From contig LNDQ01000108.1 of assembly GCA_001464695.1 (NCBI GenBank), forward strand, positions 148,090 through 212,089: a stretch of 64,000 nucleotides of DNA. The letters run 5' to 3'. The translations under genes and the position numbers were made by a program. This DNA is from Betaproteobacteria bacterium Ga0077523 (GTDB lineage Bacteria > Pseudomonadota > Gammaproteobacteria > Burkholderiales > Ga0077523). Each line of letters opens with the position of its first letter. Position 1 is the first letter of the stretch. The notes beneath the pieces are model-generated. The model did no database searches. It saw only the letters and a program-made list of their open reading frames with translations, and was not told the DNA's origin. Of this stretch, positions 43,326 through 52,989 are shown piece by piece.

Positions 43326-44498
43326 GTGACCCTCCCTCCCTCCAGCGGTACGCAGCGAGCCCTGGACGAAGTGTTGCCCGCCGAGCTGCTCGGCGCCTTT
43401 GATGATCGCTTCATTCGCTCGTGCGAGTTCGTCGAGGAGTACGTGCACCGGCTGACGCTTCAGGTGTTCCGCGACACCGGACTCGAGGAAGCCTGTGCGC
43501 AACCGGTCACCGTCGACGAAGCGGTCCGGCGCGCCGGACTGGCCCCCGACATCGCGCTCGTACCTTGCACCTGGATCCTCCGCACCCTGGCCGCGCGCGG
43601 CTGGTTGGAGCGGGTGGACACGGCACGCTTTCGCGCCTCGGCGGTACCCCGGCTCGATCCGGTTGAACTCGCCGCCGCCCAGAACGCCCACGACCCGGCA
43701 TGCCTCCCCACCTACCGTATTGCCGCGCTGGCCGCCGAATCGTATCCAAGCGTGCTGCAGGGCCACACGACCGGCGAGGATGCGCTCTTCGCACCGGACC
43801 ACATCGGCACCTGGCTCGAGTACTTCTCCAACGCCAACCCGCTGTACGCCATCGCGAACACCGTCGGCGCGATCGCGGCCGAGCAGGCGCTGCCCGCCGA
43901 GGGCGGCACCGTCCTGGAACTGGGCGGCGGCCTGGGCAGCGGCGCCGAGGCGTTGCTCGCACGCCTCGATACGGCCGGTCATGGCAAGTCGCTCGCCGCC
44001 TATCGGTTCACCGAGATCGTGCCGGCGTTCCTGCGACGCGCGCGCAAATCTCTGCCCGACTATCGCGCCGGACTACCCCTGTCGTTCACCTGGCTCGACA
44101 TCGACGCGCCGTTCGCCAAGGCTGGCATCGAACCGGCTTCGTGCTCCCTGGTTTACGGCGTGAACGTCATGCACGTGGCGAAGGATCTCGCGGCAACCCT
44201 GGCGGAGGTCCGCCTGGCCCTCAGCGACGGCGGCGCGCTGGTGCTGGGTGAATGCGTCCGCCCGTTCGCGGACCGGCCCATCTACGTCGAATTCGTCTTC
44301 AATCTGCTCGCGTCATTCCGCGCGCCGCTGCTGGTGCCCGCATGGCGGCCCAACGGCGGCTTCCTCACGCCCGAGCAATGGTGCGCCGCGTTGGCGGCGA
44401 ACGGCTTCGACCAGGTCACCATCCTGCCCGACATCGTGGCGCTGCGCGATGCCTACCCTTCGTTCGTGGTCGCCGCCATCACCGCCCGCTGCCAATGA
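43326..44498 (+). CDS. SAM-dependent methyltransferase with N-terminal dimerisation/winged-helix-like domain (O-methyltransferase-like)
   Basis: GTG start. VLELGGGLGSGAEALL motif I, and a size and layout like small-molecule O-methyltransferases. Confidence 0.7.
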   Translation: MTLPPSSGTQRALDEVLPAELLGAFDDRFIRSCEFVEEYVHRLTLQVFRDTGLEEACAQPVTVDEAVRRAGLAPDIALVPCTWILRTLAARGWLERVDTARFRASAVPRLDPVELAAAQNAHDPACLPTYRIAALAAESYPSVLQGHTTGEDALFAPDHIGTWLEYFSNANPLYAIANTVGAIAAEQALPAEGGTVLELGGGLGSGAEALLARLDTAGHGKSLAAYRFTEIVPAFLRRARKSLPDYRAGLPLSFTWLDIDAPFAKAGIEPASCSLVYGVNVMHVAKDLAATLAEVRLALSDGGALVLGECVRPFADRPIYVEFVFNLLASFRAPLLVPAWRPNGGFLTPEQWCAALAANGFDQVTILPDIVALRDAYPSFVVAAITARCQ

Positions 44499-45268
44499 AC
44501 GAACCCATGGATCTCGAGGTAGGCAACGCCTGGTTCGAAGGGCATTTCCCCGGCCGACCGATCCTGCCGGGCGTAGCCCAGCTCGCGTTGGTCTTCGACG
44601 CCCTCACCAAGACGCAAGGCAGACCGGTGCCGGTCAACGGCATCGCATTCGCGCGCATGCGGCAGCCGGTGCTGCCCGGCGAACCGTTGCAGCTCGTCGC
44701 CAGCATGCGGGCCGACGGTACCATCCGATTCGCCGTCACCCGTGCCGGGTCCATCGTCACCAATGGCGAGTTGCGCACCGCCAATCCCGACCCCGGCACG
44801 ACACCGGCCATCGCCCGCAGTCGCCACGTGGCCGATCATCCTGCCGTGGAAACGCTCCTGCCGCACCAGCCGCCGATGCGTTTCGTCACGGCGATCCTCG
44901 ATCAATCCCCCGAGCACCTGACCACGGAAGCCCGCATCCCGCCGACGTGCGCGCTCGCGACGGATGGCGTCGTCCCGGCGGTCGCCGCGATCGAAGCGGC
45001 CGCACAGACCGCGGCTCTTTGGGAAGCGCTGCGCCGGGTCACGGCACCCGAGCCCGCACACCCCCGTGTGGGTTACCTGGTCGGGCTGCGTGAAGTGCGC
45101 CTGCATGCCGCACGCATCCCGGCCGGCACTGCCTTCGTGGTTTCGGTCCGACTCGAAGCGGCGACACCACCGCTCGCGCACTATGCGATGCAGGTCGAGC
45201 TCGAGGGCAAGTCCATACTCGATGGCACGCTCGCGACCTACCTCGCCGAGGAAACCCTGCCCGGCTGA
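44495..45268 (+). CDS. double hot-dog (FabA/FabZ-like) dehydratase
   Basis: ATGA overlap with the upstream gene. The N-terminal half has HFPGRPILPGV (FabZ-like His motif). The second half is hot-dog-like (LLPHQPPMRFV). Confidence 0.75.
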   Translation: MNEPMDLEVGNAWFEGHFPGRPILPGVAQLALVFDALTKTQGRPVPVNGIAFARMRQPVLPGEPLQLVASMRADGTIRFAVTRAGSIVTNGELRTANPDPGTTPAIARSRHVADHPAVETLLPHQPPMRFVTAILDQSPEHLTTEARIPPTCALATDGVVPAVAAIEAAAQTAALWEALRRVTAPEPAHPRVGYLVGLREVRLHAARIPAGTAFVVSVRLEAATPPLAHYAMQVELEGKSILDGTLATYLAEETLPG

Positions 45269-45274
45269 TGCCGC

Positions 45275-45625
45275 TTGCCGCGGCATTCTTGTTTCCCTGA
45301 GGGGGCACCTTTACACTCGCGGCTGTCTCGACCCACCGAATGCAACGCCTTGAGCACCGCCACAGCACTGACCGATCACGAAGCGAAACTCGCGGCGCTG
45401 ATCATCGAGGCCCTCAACCTGGAGATGACACCCCAGGAGATCGATGCGGGCGCCCCCCTCTATCGTGAAGGTCTGGGGCTCGATTCCATCGACATCCTCG
45501 AAATCGCGCTGGTGATCTCCAAGACCTACGGGGTGCAGTTGAAGGCCGACGATGCCGACAACGTGCGCATCTTCGGGTCGTTGCGCAGCCTGAACGAGCA
45601 CTTGCAACAGCATCGCTCCAAGTGA
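45275..45625 (+). CDS. acyl carrier protein
   Basis: LGLDSIDILEIA phosphopantetheine attachment motif. The start is uncertain: ATG 45275 gives 116 aa, and an in-frame TTG at 45350 gives about 91 aa. Confidence 0.8.
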   Translation: MPRHSCFPEGAPLHSRLSRPTECNALSTATALTDHEAKLAALIIEALNLEMTPQEIDAGAPLYREGLGLDSIDILEIALVISKTYGVQLKADDADNVRIFGSLRSLNEHLQQHRSK

Positions 45626-45655
45626 GCGTGCCGCCGGAGCGCCGCTGAGCTGACG

Positions 45656-45816
45656 GCTGAGGTGATGTGACGTCCCCCCCGAAAGGCCTCGCGGCCTCTC
45701 CCCCCAGGGGGCCAGCCCGCTTGTGGGCTGAGGTCGGACACAGACAGTCCCTGCGGACTGTCTGTGCCTACCGAAGGCCATCGGCCTCCGGCCGATGGCG
45801 GCCCGGCGCGGGCTGA
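45656..45816 (+). repeat. approx. 155-bp structured dispersed repeat, copy 2
   Basis: It aligns by eye to 16384-16537 at roughly nine positions in ten, in the same orientation. It lies between the ACP stop and the AMP-ligase start inside the operon. Confidence 0.85.
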
Positions 45817-45857
45817 GTGAACCGTCGGCCCGGGCGCCGACGGGTAGACTGCGCCCC

Positions 45858-47216
45858 ATGCCCCATCCGGATTCGACGCCCCTGCCCTTGTTCGTGCACG
45901 CGAGCCCGGACCTGCCGGTCGCGTTCACGCGAGACGGCATCGTGAACGCGCACCAGTTCGTTGCCGACGTGCACGCATTCGCGGACCGACTGCCGGATGC
46001 GCCGCACATTCTCAACGCCTGTGGCGATCGCTATCTGTTCGCCGTGGGGTTCGGTGCGGCGTTGTTGCGCGGCCAGCGAACCCTCCTGCCGGCGAATCAC
46101 GCACCGGCCACCCTCGAACGCCTCGCCCGGAGCCACCCGGGCCTGCAAGCCCTGACGGACGCGCTCGCACCCTCGCTCGAACTGCCCGCACTCGCGGTGA
46201 CCCGTGAGGGCGACACGCACGTGACACCATTCGAAGCGCCTGCAATTCCCGGCGATCGCGTGGCCGCCGTACTGTTCACCTCGGGGTCCACCGGCGAACC
46301 GGTGCCGACGGTGAAGTCGTGGGCCTTGCTGGCGGCGAGCGGTCGCAACGAAGCCAGGGCTCTCGAACTCGGCGACTTGCCGGCGCTCGCCATCGTCGGC
46401 ACGGTGCCGCCGCAACACTCCTACGGCCTCGAGTCGACGGTACTGATCGCACTGCAGGGCGGGTTCGCGTTCGACGCCGGCCGGCCGTTCTTTCCAGCGG
46501 ACATCTGCGCGGCACTCGCGGTGCTGCCACGCCCGCGCATGCTGGTCACCACCCCAGTGCACCTGCGCGCCCTGGTCGCGAGCGAGGATCACCCGCCCGA
46601 AGTGGACCTGCTGCTGAGCGCCACGGCGCCCCTCGCTCCGCAACTTGCGGCCGATGCCGAGCAGCGTTTCGGTGCGCCGGTCAAGGAGATCTACGGTTGC
46701 AGCGAGGCCGGTCAGCTCGCGACCCGCCACCTGCTCGCCGGCGCCGAGTGGCGACTGATGGGTGACATCGCATTGCGACAGGACGAGCGCGGCACCTGGG
46801 CAAGCGGCGGCCACGTGCCTGGCGACATCCTGCTCGCCGACGTGATCGAACTCGTCGATCGCGAGCGCTTCATCCTGCACGGGCGCACCGCGGACCTCAT
46901 CAACATCGCCGGCAAGCGCACGTCGCTCGCCCACCTCGACTTGCAGTTGAACACTGTCGACGGTGTACGCGACGGCGCGTTTCTCATGCCCGACGATGCC
47001 GAAGACCGCGTCGTGCGCCTCGCGGCCTTCGTGGTCGCCCCCGGGCGCACGGCACGCGAGATTCTCGACGCGCTGCAGGAGCGCATCGACACCGCCTTCC
47101 TCCCGCGCCCGCTCCACCTGGTGGACAGCCTGCCGCGCAACGCCACCGGCAAGATCCCGCGTGAAGCCCTCCTGGCACTGGCCGAGCAATTGAGCAAGCG
47201 CCGGGACGTGCCGTGA
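45858..47216 (+). CDS. AMP-dependent synthetase/ligase (aryl or acyl:ACP ligase-like)
   Basis: LFTSGSTGEPV (A3 core), YGCSEAG, GRTADLINIAGKR and ATGKIPR. Start MPHPDS. Confidence 0.85.
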   Translation: MPHPDSTPLPLFVHASPDLPVAFTRDGIVNAHQFVADVHAFADRLPDAPHILNACGDRYLFAVGFGAALLRGQRTLLPANHAPATLERLARSHPGLQALTDALAPSLELPALAVTREGDTHVTPFEAPAIPGDRVAAVLFTSGSTGEPVPTVKSWALLAASGRNEARALELGDLPALAIVGTVPPQHSYGLESTVLIALQGGFAFDAGRPFFPADICAALAVLPRPRMLVTTPVHLRALVASEDHPPEVDLLLSATAPLAPQLAADAEQRFGAPVKEIYGCSEAGQLATRHLLAGAEWRLMGDIALRQDERGTWASGGHVPGDILLADVIELVDRERFILHGRTADLINIAGKRTSLAHLDLQLNTVDGVRDGAFLMPDDAEDRVVRLAAFVVAPGRTAREILDALQERIDTAFLPRPLHLVDSLPRNATGKIPREALLALAEQLSKRRDVP

Positions 47217-48082
47217 GTGCCGCCACGCAAGCGTGGGCCGCACGGCCGGAGCGCAGCAACACCCTCGCCCTGCGCATCATCGTCTGGGTCGCACTGCATC
47301 TGGGCCGCACCGCTGCGCGCGTGCTGCTGCATCCGATCTCCTGCTACTTCCTGCTGTTCTCGACCGCGTCGCGCCGTGCATCCCGCGCCTGGCTCGAACA
47401 GGCGTTGGCGCGCCCGCCAACCTGGGGCGATCGATACCGTCACTACTTCACCTTCGCCGCCACCATCCTCGATCGCGTGTTCCTGCTGAACGACCGTTTC
47501 GAGCTGTTCCAGCTCGAACTGCACGGCACGGACGCGATGCGTGAAGTGCACGCCGGGCACACCGGCTGCTTCCTGCTCGGGGCCCATTTCGGCAGCTTCG
47601 AAGTGACGCGCGCGGTTGGGCGGATGCAGCCCGGGCTCGAAGTGAGCCTGCTCATGTACGAGGCGAACGCAGCACGCATCGGCGCGATCATCCGCACCAT
47701 CAACCCGGCGCTCGGCACCAAGGTCATCGGCCTCGGCTCCGTGGATTCCATGCTGCGGGTGCGCGCATGCCTCGACGCCGGCGAGTTCGTCGGCATGCTC
47801 GCCGATCGCCGCCTGGGCGACGAGGAGAGCACGCCCGTCACGTTCTTCGGCCGGCCCGCGCGTTTGCCGGCGGGACCGTTCCGTCTCGCGTGCCTGCTGC
47901 GCCGACCGGTCGTGCTGATGTTCGGCATCTACCGCGGCGGCAACCGCTACGAGGTGCACTACGAGCGCATGCCGATGGACGGCGATGCCGCCCGTCTCGC
48001 GGCGCGATACGCCGAACGGCTCGAACACCACGCGCGCAGTGCGCCCTACAACTGGTTCAACTTCCATGATTTCTGGGAGTAG
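47213..48082 (+). CDS. LpxL/HtrB-like (lipid A biosynthesis) acyltransferase family protein
   Basis: GTGA overlap with the upstream gene. GAHFGSFE (HX4E/D-type block), an N-terminal TM segment, and family-typical length. Confidence 0.7.
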   Translation: MSAATQAWAARPERSNTLALRIIVWVALHLGRTAARVLLHPISCYFLLFSTASRRASRAWLEQALARPPTWGDRYRHYFTFAATILDRVFLLNDRFELFQLELHGTDAMREVHAGHTGCFLLGAHFGSFEVTRAVGRMQPGLEVSLLMYEANAARIGAIIRTINPALGTKVIGLGSVDSMLRVRACLDAGEFVGMLADRRLGDEESTPVTFFGRPARLPAGPFRLACLLRRPVVLMFGIYRGGNRYEVHYERMPMDGDAARLAARYAERLEHHARSAPYNWFNFHDFWE

Positions 48083-48092
48083 TTCTGGGAGG

Positions 48093-48686
48093 ATGCGCGC
48101 GGCGCTCGCCGGCATCGTCGCGGCGCTGCTGACAGTCTGTGGTGGCGCCTTCGGCGAAGAAAGCAGCGCCGGTCCGTGGGACCTCCCTCAGCTCATGCGT
48201 GAACTCGCGAGCGTGAACACGGCGCGCGCGCGCTTCACCGAGAAGCGCTTCCTGAAGATGCTCGACCGGCCGATCGAATCGTCCGGCACGCTGGCCTTCG
48301 AAGCCCCCGCACACCTGGAGAAGCTCACCTTGCTGCCGAAGCGCGAGCTGCTGCGCGTGGAACAGGACAAGGTCACTCTGGAAGTCGGCGCGAAGCCGAA
48401 GCGGCGCATCCTGTCTCTGTCCGAACATCCGCCGTTGCGCGCGTTCGTCGAGAGTATCCGCGCCACGCTGGCGGGCGACCAGGCGGCACTGGAGCGGTTC
48501 TACCGGGTGCAGTTCAGCGGCGACGCCGAGCGCTGGCGACTCACGCTGCAGCCTGCCGATGCGAAGTCGAGGTCGTTCATCCGCGAGATCCGCATCAGCG
48601 GCAAGCGCAACGCGGTGACCGGCGTCGAAGTGGATCAGGCCGACGGCGATCGCTCGGTGATGTCGATGGTGCCCGATGATTCGTAG
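48093..48686 (+). CDS. LolA-like outer-membrane lipoprotein carrier family protein
   Basis: Signal peptide MRAALAGIVAALLTVCGGAFG, a GGGAGG RBS, ARARFTEKRFLKMLDRPIESSGTLAF typical of the LolA fold, and a position directly upstream of the MMPL exporter. Confidence 0.7.
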   Translation: MRAALAGIVAALLTVCGGAFGEESSAGPWDLPQLMRELASVNTARARFTEKRFLKMLDRPIESSGTLAFEAPAHLEKLTLLPKRELLRVEQDKVTLEVGAKPKRRILSLSEHPPLRAFVESIRATLAGDQAALERFYRVQFSGDAERWRLTLQPADAKSRSFIREIRISGKRNAVTGVEVDQADGDRSVMSMVPDDS

Positions 48687-50997
48687 TCGTATCGCCATCG
48701 CGCTGTGGCTCGCGGTGCTGGCGGCCGCCGCGGTGGTCATCGCCGGCGCCCGTTTTTCGACGGACCTCTCGGCGTTCCTCCCCAGGCAGCCGACCGCGGC
48801 CCAGCAGTTGCTGGTGGACGAACTGCGCGATGGCGTGGTGTCGAAGCTGATACTGGTCAGCGTGGCCGGTGCACCGCCCGACACCCTGGCCGCCGCAAGC
48901 CGCGCGCTGGCGGCGCGCCTGCGCACGGATCGGCGCTTCGCCTCGGTCGACAACGGCGACGAGGCGCAGCTCGAACACGACCGCGCGTTCGTGTTCGAGC
49001 ATCGCTACCTGCTGAGTCCAGCGGTGGATGCCGCGCACTTCACCGTGAAGGCGTTGCGCATCGCCCTCGACGAATCGCTCGAACTGCTCGGGTCGCCGGC
49101 CGGGATGATGGCGAAGTCGCTCGTCCCGGCCGATCCCACCGGGGAAGTGTTGCGATTGATCGACCGCATGGCCGGCATGTCCCCACCGGCAACGCACGAG
49201 GGTGTCTGGGTCAATCCCGAAGCCACGGAGGCACTGCTGGTGCTGCAGACCCGAGCTCCGGGGTTCGACATCGATGCGCAGGAACAGGCCCTCGCGAGCA
49301 TCCGCGCCGCCTTCGCCGAAGTGCAACGGAGCCCCGGCGCGGGCACGCTGAAACTCGCGTCGACCGGCCCGGGCGTGTTCGCCGTTCAGACCCGCGCGGC
49401 GATCAAGCGCGATGCCGTGCGCTATTCGACGCTGGCGACCATCTTCATCGCAGCGTTGCTGCTGACGATCTTCCGCTCGCCGCGAGTGCTGATTCTCGGA
49501 TTGCTGCCCGTGGCGAGTGGTGCCGCCGTCGGCATCGCGGCCGTCGCACTGCACTTCGGCGAAGTGCACGGCATCACCCTCGGCTTTGGTGCCACGCTGA
49601 TCGGCGAGTCGGTCGACTATGCGATCTATCTGTTCATGCAGACCGACCCGCGGCGCGGTGCCGCCGGCACGCTCGCCCGTATCTGGCCCACACTGCGGCT
49701 CGGCGTCGCGACCTCCATCTGCGGCTTCTCGGCGATGCTGCTGTCCGGTTTTCCCGGGCTCGCGCAACTGGGGCTGTTCTCGATCGCCGGCATTGCCACC
49801 GCTGCCCTGGTGACGCGCTTCGTCCTGCCGGTGCTGCTCCCGCCGGATTTCGCCGTCACCGGTGTCGAGCATATCGCCGCACGGGTCCGCTCGGCGTTCT
49901 CGAGAGCCCGAGTGCTATGGCCGGTGCTGGTACTCGCCGTGATCGGAGCCATCGCCGTCTGGAGCATGCGTGACCAGCGCTGGAGCGATGAACTTGCGAG
50001 CCTGAGTCCGATCTCGGTCGCCCAGCAGCAGCTCGATCAGCGCCTGCGCGATGCACTGGGTGCTGCCGATGTCCGCCATGTGGTGGTGGCGCGTGCGGCG
50101 AGTTCCGATCAGGCACTGGCACTCGCGGAGCGCGTCGGAGCGGCGCTCGATGGCGCCGTGAGCGCCGACGTGATCGACGGCTACGAATCGCCGGCGCGCA
50201 TTCTGCCCTCGGCAGCGACGCAGATGCGCCGCCGCGAAAGCCTCCCCGAAGCTCCGGTCCTGCGCGCCCGCATCGCCGAAGCTGCCCGCGGCACCCCGTT
50301 TCGCGCGGGCACGTTCGAACCCTTTGTCAACGCCGCGCAGCGAACACGGACCGGACCGCTGCTCGAGCGCGAGTCGTTCGGCGGCACGAAACTGGGTGTC
50401 CGGCTCGACGCGTTGCTGGTGCGGCGTGATAACGCGTGGTACGCAATGCTGCCGCTGTCGGGCGTCGGGGACGTCGCGAACCTGAAGCGCGCGCTGGCCC
50501 CGTTGTACGACGCCCAAGTGGTGCTGCTCGACACCAAGACCGAGACGGACGCGATATACGGTACCTATCGCCGCGAGGCCATCTCGTTGTCGCTGCTCGG
50601 TGCGGTCGCCATCGTCGTGCTGCTGGCAGCGGCGATGCGCAGCGCACGTCGCGCGCTGGCCGTCTGCCTGCCACTCGCGGCAGCCGTGCTGGTCACTTCC
50701 GGTCTGCTGCTGGCGCTCGGGCCGCCGCTCACCATGTTCCATCTGGTCGGCATGCTGCTGGTCGTGGCCGTGGGCTCCAATTACGCGCTGTTCTTCGACG
50801 GCTCCCTGGCGGGCGGTTCGAACGATCGCACGGCGCTGTCACTCGCTCTGGCGAACATCACCACGGTCATCGGCTTCGGCATGCTCGGCTTCTCGAGCGT
50901 GCCGGTGCTGTCGGCCATCGGCAGTACCGTCGGCATCGGCGCCGCGCTGAGCCTGATCTTCGCCGCGGCGCTGGCACCACGCCCGCGCCCGGGCTGA
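48676..50997 (+). CDS. MMPL/RND-superfamily exporter
   Basis: 773 aa with two 6-TM bundles, each preceded by a large periplasmic loop. GESVDYAIY-type motif. Confidence 0.85.
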   Translation: MIRSRIAIALWLAVLAAAAVVIAGARFSTDLSAFLPRQPTAAQQLLVDELRDGVVSKLILVSVAGAPPDTLAAASRALAARLRTDRRFASVDNGDEAQLEHDRAFVFEHRYLLSPAVDAAHFTVKALRIALDESLELLGSPAGMMAKSLVPADPTGEVLRLIDRMAGMSPPATHEGVWVNPEATEALLVLQTRAPGFDIDAQEQALASIRAAFAEVQRSPGAGTLKLASTGPGVFAVQTRAAIKRDAVRYSTLATIFIAALLLTIFRSPRVLILGLLPVASGAAVGIAAVALHFGEVHGITLGFGATLIGESVDYAIYLFMQTDPRRGAAGTLARIWPTLRLGVATSICGFSAMLLSGFPGLAQLGLFSIAGIATAALVTRFVLPVLLPPDFAVTGVEHIAARVRSAFSRARVLWPVLVLAVIGAIAVWSMRDQRWSDELASLSPISVAQQQLDQRLRDALGAADVRHVVVARAASSDQALALAERVGAALDGAVSADVIDGYESPARILPSAATQMRRRESLPEAPVLRARIAEAARGTPFRAGTFEPFVNAAQRTRTGPLLERESFGGTKLGVRLDALLVRRDNAWYAMLPLSGVGDVANLKRALAPLYDAQVVLLDTKTETDAIYGTYRREAISLSLLGAVAIVVLLAAAMRSARRALAVCLPLAAAVLVTSGLLLALGPPLTMFHLVGMLLVVAVGSNYALFFDGSLAGGSNDRTALSLALANITTVIGFGMLGFSSVPVLSAIGSTVGIGAALSLIFAAALAPRPRPG

Positions 50998-51650
50998 TGG
51001 AGACCATTGCGGACTGCGCGGGCGACCCGCGCGAGCGCACGTTGCTGGTGCTGCTGCCCCCCGCGTTCGGGACGCCGGGCGACTTCATCGAGCACGGGTT
51101 CGTCACGACGATCCGCGAACGGAAACTGCCAGTCGACGTGATCGCGGCCGGTGCGATCGCCGATCACTATCTCGATCAGTCCGTCGTGGCGCGATTGCAC
51201 GCAGAAGTAATCGCGCCAGCGCGCGCACGCGGTTATGGGCGCCTGTGGCTGGGCGGCATTTCCATCGGCGGCTTCGGCAGCCTGTTGTATCGGGCGCGGC
51301 ACGACGCGGTGGATGGACTGCTGTTGCTCGCACCCTACCTCGGTTCGCGACCGGTGTTGAACGAGGTGGTGCGGGCGGGCGGGCTCGCGCGCTGGCAACC
51401 GGACGCGGATGCGCCGCGCGACCACGAGCGGGAGTTGCTCACATGGTTGCAGGGCGCGTTGACGGATTCCGACGTGCGGGCACGGATCTTCGTGGGGTAT
51501 GGGATCGACGATCGCTTCGCGCCTTCGATCGAGTTGCTGGCGAACGCGCTGCCGCAGGAGCAGGTGGTACGCGCGGCCGGAGGGCACGATTGGGGGACGT
51601 GGGCGGGTTTGTGGCGGGAGGTGATCGGGAGGTGGTGGTATTCGAAGTAG
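50997..51650 (+). CDS. alpha/beta hydrolase (possible thioesterase/esterase)
   Basis: The start shares one nucleotide with the MMPL stop (TGATG). GISIGG nucleophile elbow (GxSxG), with later D and H candidates. Confidence 0.65.
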   Translation: METIADCAGDPRERTLLVLLPPAFGTPGDFIEHGFVTTIRERKLPVDVIAAGAIADHYLDQSVVARLHAEVIAPARARGYGRLWLGGISIGGFGSLLYRARHDAVDGLLLLAPYLGSRPVLNEVVRAGGLARWQPDADAPRDHERELLTWLQGALTDSDVRARIFVGYGIDDRFAPSIELLANALPQEQVVRAAGGHDWGTWAGLWREVIGRWWYSK

Positions 51651-51651
51651 G

Positions 51652-51742
51652 GCAGCCCCCATCCCGACCTTCCCCCACCGGAGGTGGGGGAAGGGGTGTA
51701 CGGCTCCCTTACCCGGCTTCGCCGGGGGGATGGGGGCAACAA
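51652..51742. repeat. G/C-rich REP element pair, copy 5
   Basis: CCTTCCCCCACCGGAGGTGGGGGAAGG and CCCTTACCCGGCTTCGCCGGGGGGATGGGGGC, inside the biosynthetic cluster. Confidence 0.8.
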
Positions 51743-51801
51743 CGCCACTCCCCACCCACCTGAGCTAACATCCCCACCCCACACCCGGCTACCCGCGAAG
51801 T

Positions 51802-52989
51802 TTGGAACCACTCGCCCTCTCCGCCTGTTCGATCGTCACGTGCCTCGGTGCCGGACGGGAAGCGAATGTGGCTGCGCTGCGTGAACGGCGATCGGGTCTG
51901 GCGCGTTGTGCCTTCGAGACCGTCGAACTCGACACCTACGTCGGCGAAGTCGCCGGCGTCGACCAGGTCGCCATGCCGGCCAACCTGCGCGACTACGACT
52001 GCCGCAACAACCGCCTCGCCCAGTTCGCGTTGGACAGCGACGGATTCGTCGAACACGCGCGCGCAGCGCGCGCACGCTACGGCGCCGAGCGCATCGGCGT
52101 GTTCCTGGGCACCAGCACGGCCGGCATCCTCGAAACTGAGCTTGCGTATCGGCGCCGCGATGCCGAAGGACGGTTGCCGTCGGACTTCCACTATCGCGAA
52201 ACCCACAACACCTTTTCGCTGGCGGACTACGTAGCCCACGCCCTCGAACTCACCGGCCCTGCCGTCGTCGTGTCGGCGGCGTGTGCATCGAGCGCCAAGG
52301 TCTTCGGCAATGCCGCGCGGGCCATGGCCACCGGTCTGTGCGACGCGGCGATCGTGGGCGGCGTCGATACGTTGTGCCTCACTACGTTGTACGGCTTTCA
52401 CTCGCTCGGCCTGACGTCAACGCGCCCGTGCCGGCCCTTCGATGCGGCGCGCGATGGAATCTCCATCTCCGAAGGTGCAGCGTTCGTACTGCTCGAACGC
52501 ACATCGGAGGCGATGTCCCGGGTGAGCTTGCTTGGCGTCGGCGAAAGCAGCGACGCACACCACATGTCCACCCCGCACCCGGAAGGCCTGGGAGCGCGCC
52601 TGGCGATGCAAGGCGCGCTGACCAGCGCCGGTCTCACTGCCGATCGTGTCGGCTACGTCAACCTGCATGGCACTGCCAGCCGTACCAACGACTCTTCCGA
52701 GGCAGCGGCTATCGCTCACATCTTCGGTCATCAGGTACCTTGCAGTTCCACCAAGGGACTCACCGGTCATGCACTGGGTGCAGCCGGTGCGATCGAGGCG
52801 TTGCTCGCCGCCTTCGCTCTCGAGGAAGGCTTCCTTCCTGCCGGGGCGCATACCGAAGCGCTGGACCCGGCGCTGAACGTGGACTACCTGTTGGCATCCC
52901 GCCCCGGCACAGCCTCCGTCGCGATGAGCAACTCCTTCGGCTTCGGCGGTGCCAACTGCGCGTTGCTCTTCGGCCTCGGCAAACGATGA
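51802..52989 (+). CDS. beta-ketoacyl-ACP synthase (KS, FabB/FabF-like)
   Basis: Active-site Cys in VVSAACASS, His residues in SDAHHMSTP and NLHGTAS, and C-terminal SNSFGFGGAN. The start is uncertain (TTG at 51802). Confidence 0.85.
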   Translation: MEPLALSACSIVTCLGAGREANVAALRERRSGLARCAFETVELDTYVGEVAGVDQVAMPANLRDYDCRNNRLAQFALDSDGFVEHARAARARYGAERIGVFLGTSTAGILETELAYRRRDAEGRLPSDFHYRETHNTFSLADYVAHALELTGPAVVVSAACASSAKVFGNAARAMATGLCDAAIVGGVDTLCLTTLYGFHSLGLTSTRPCRPFDAARDGISISEGAAFVLLERTSEAMSRVSLLGVGESSDAHHMSTPHPEGLGARLAMQGALTSAGLTADRVGYVNLHGTASRTNDSSEAAAIAHIFGHQVPCSSTKGLTGHALGAAGAIEALLAAFALEEGFLPAGAHTEALDPALNVDYLLASRPGTASVAMSNSFGFGGANCALLFGLGKR

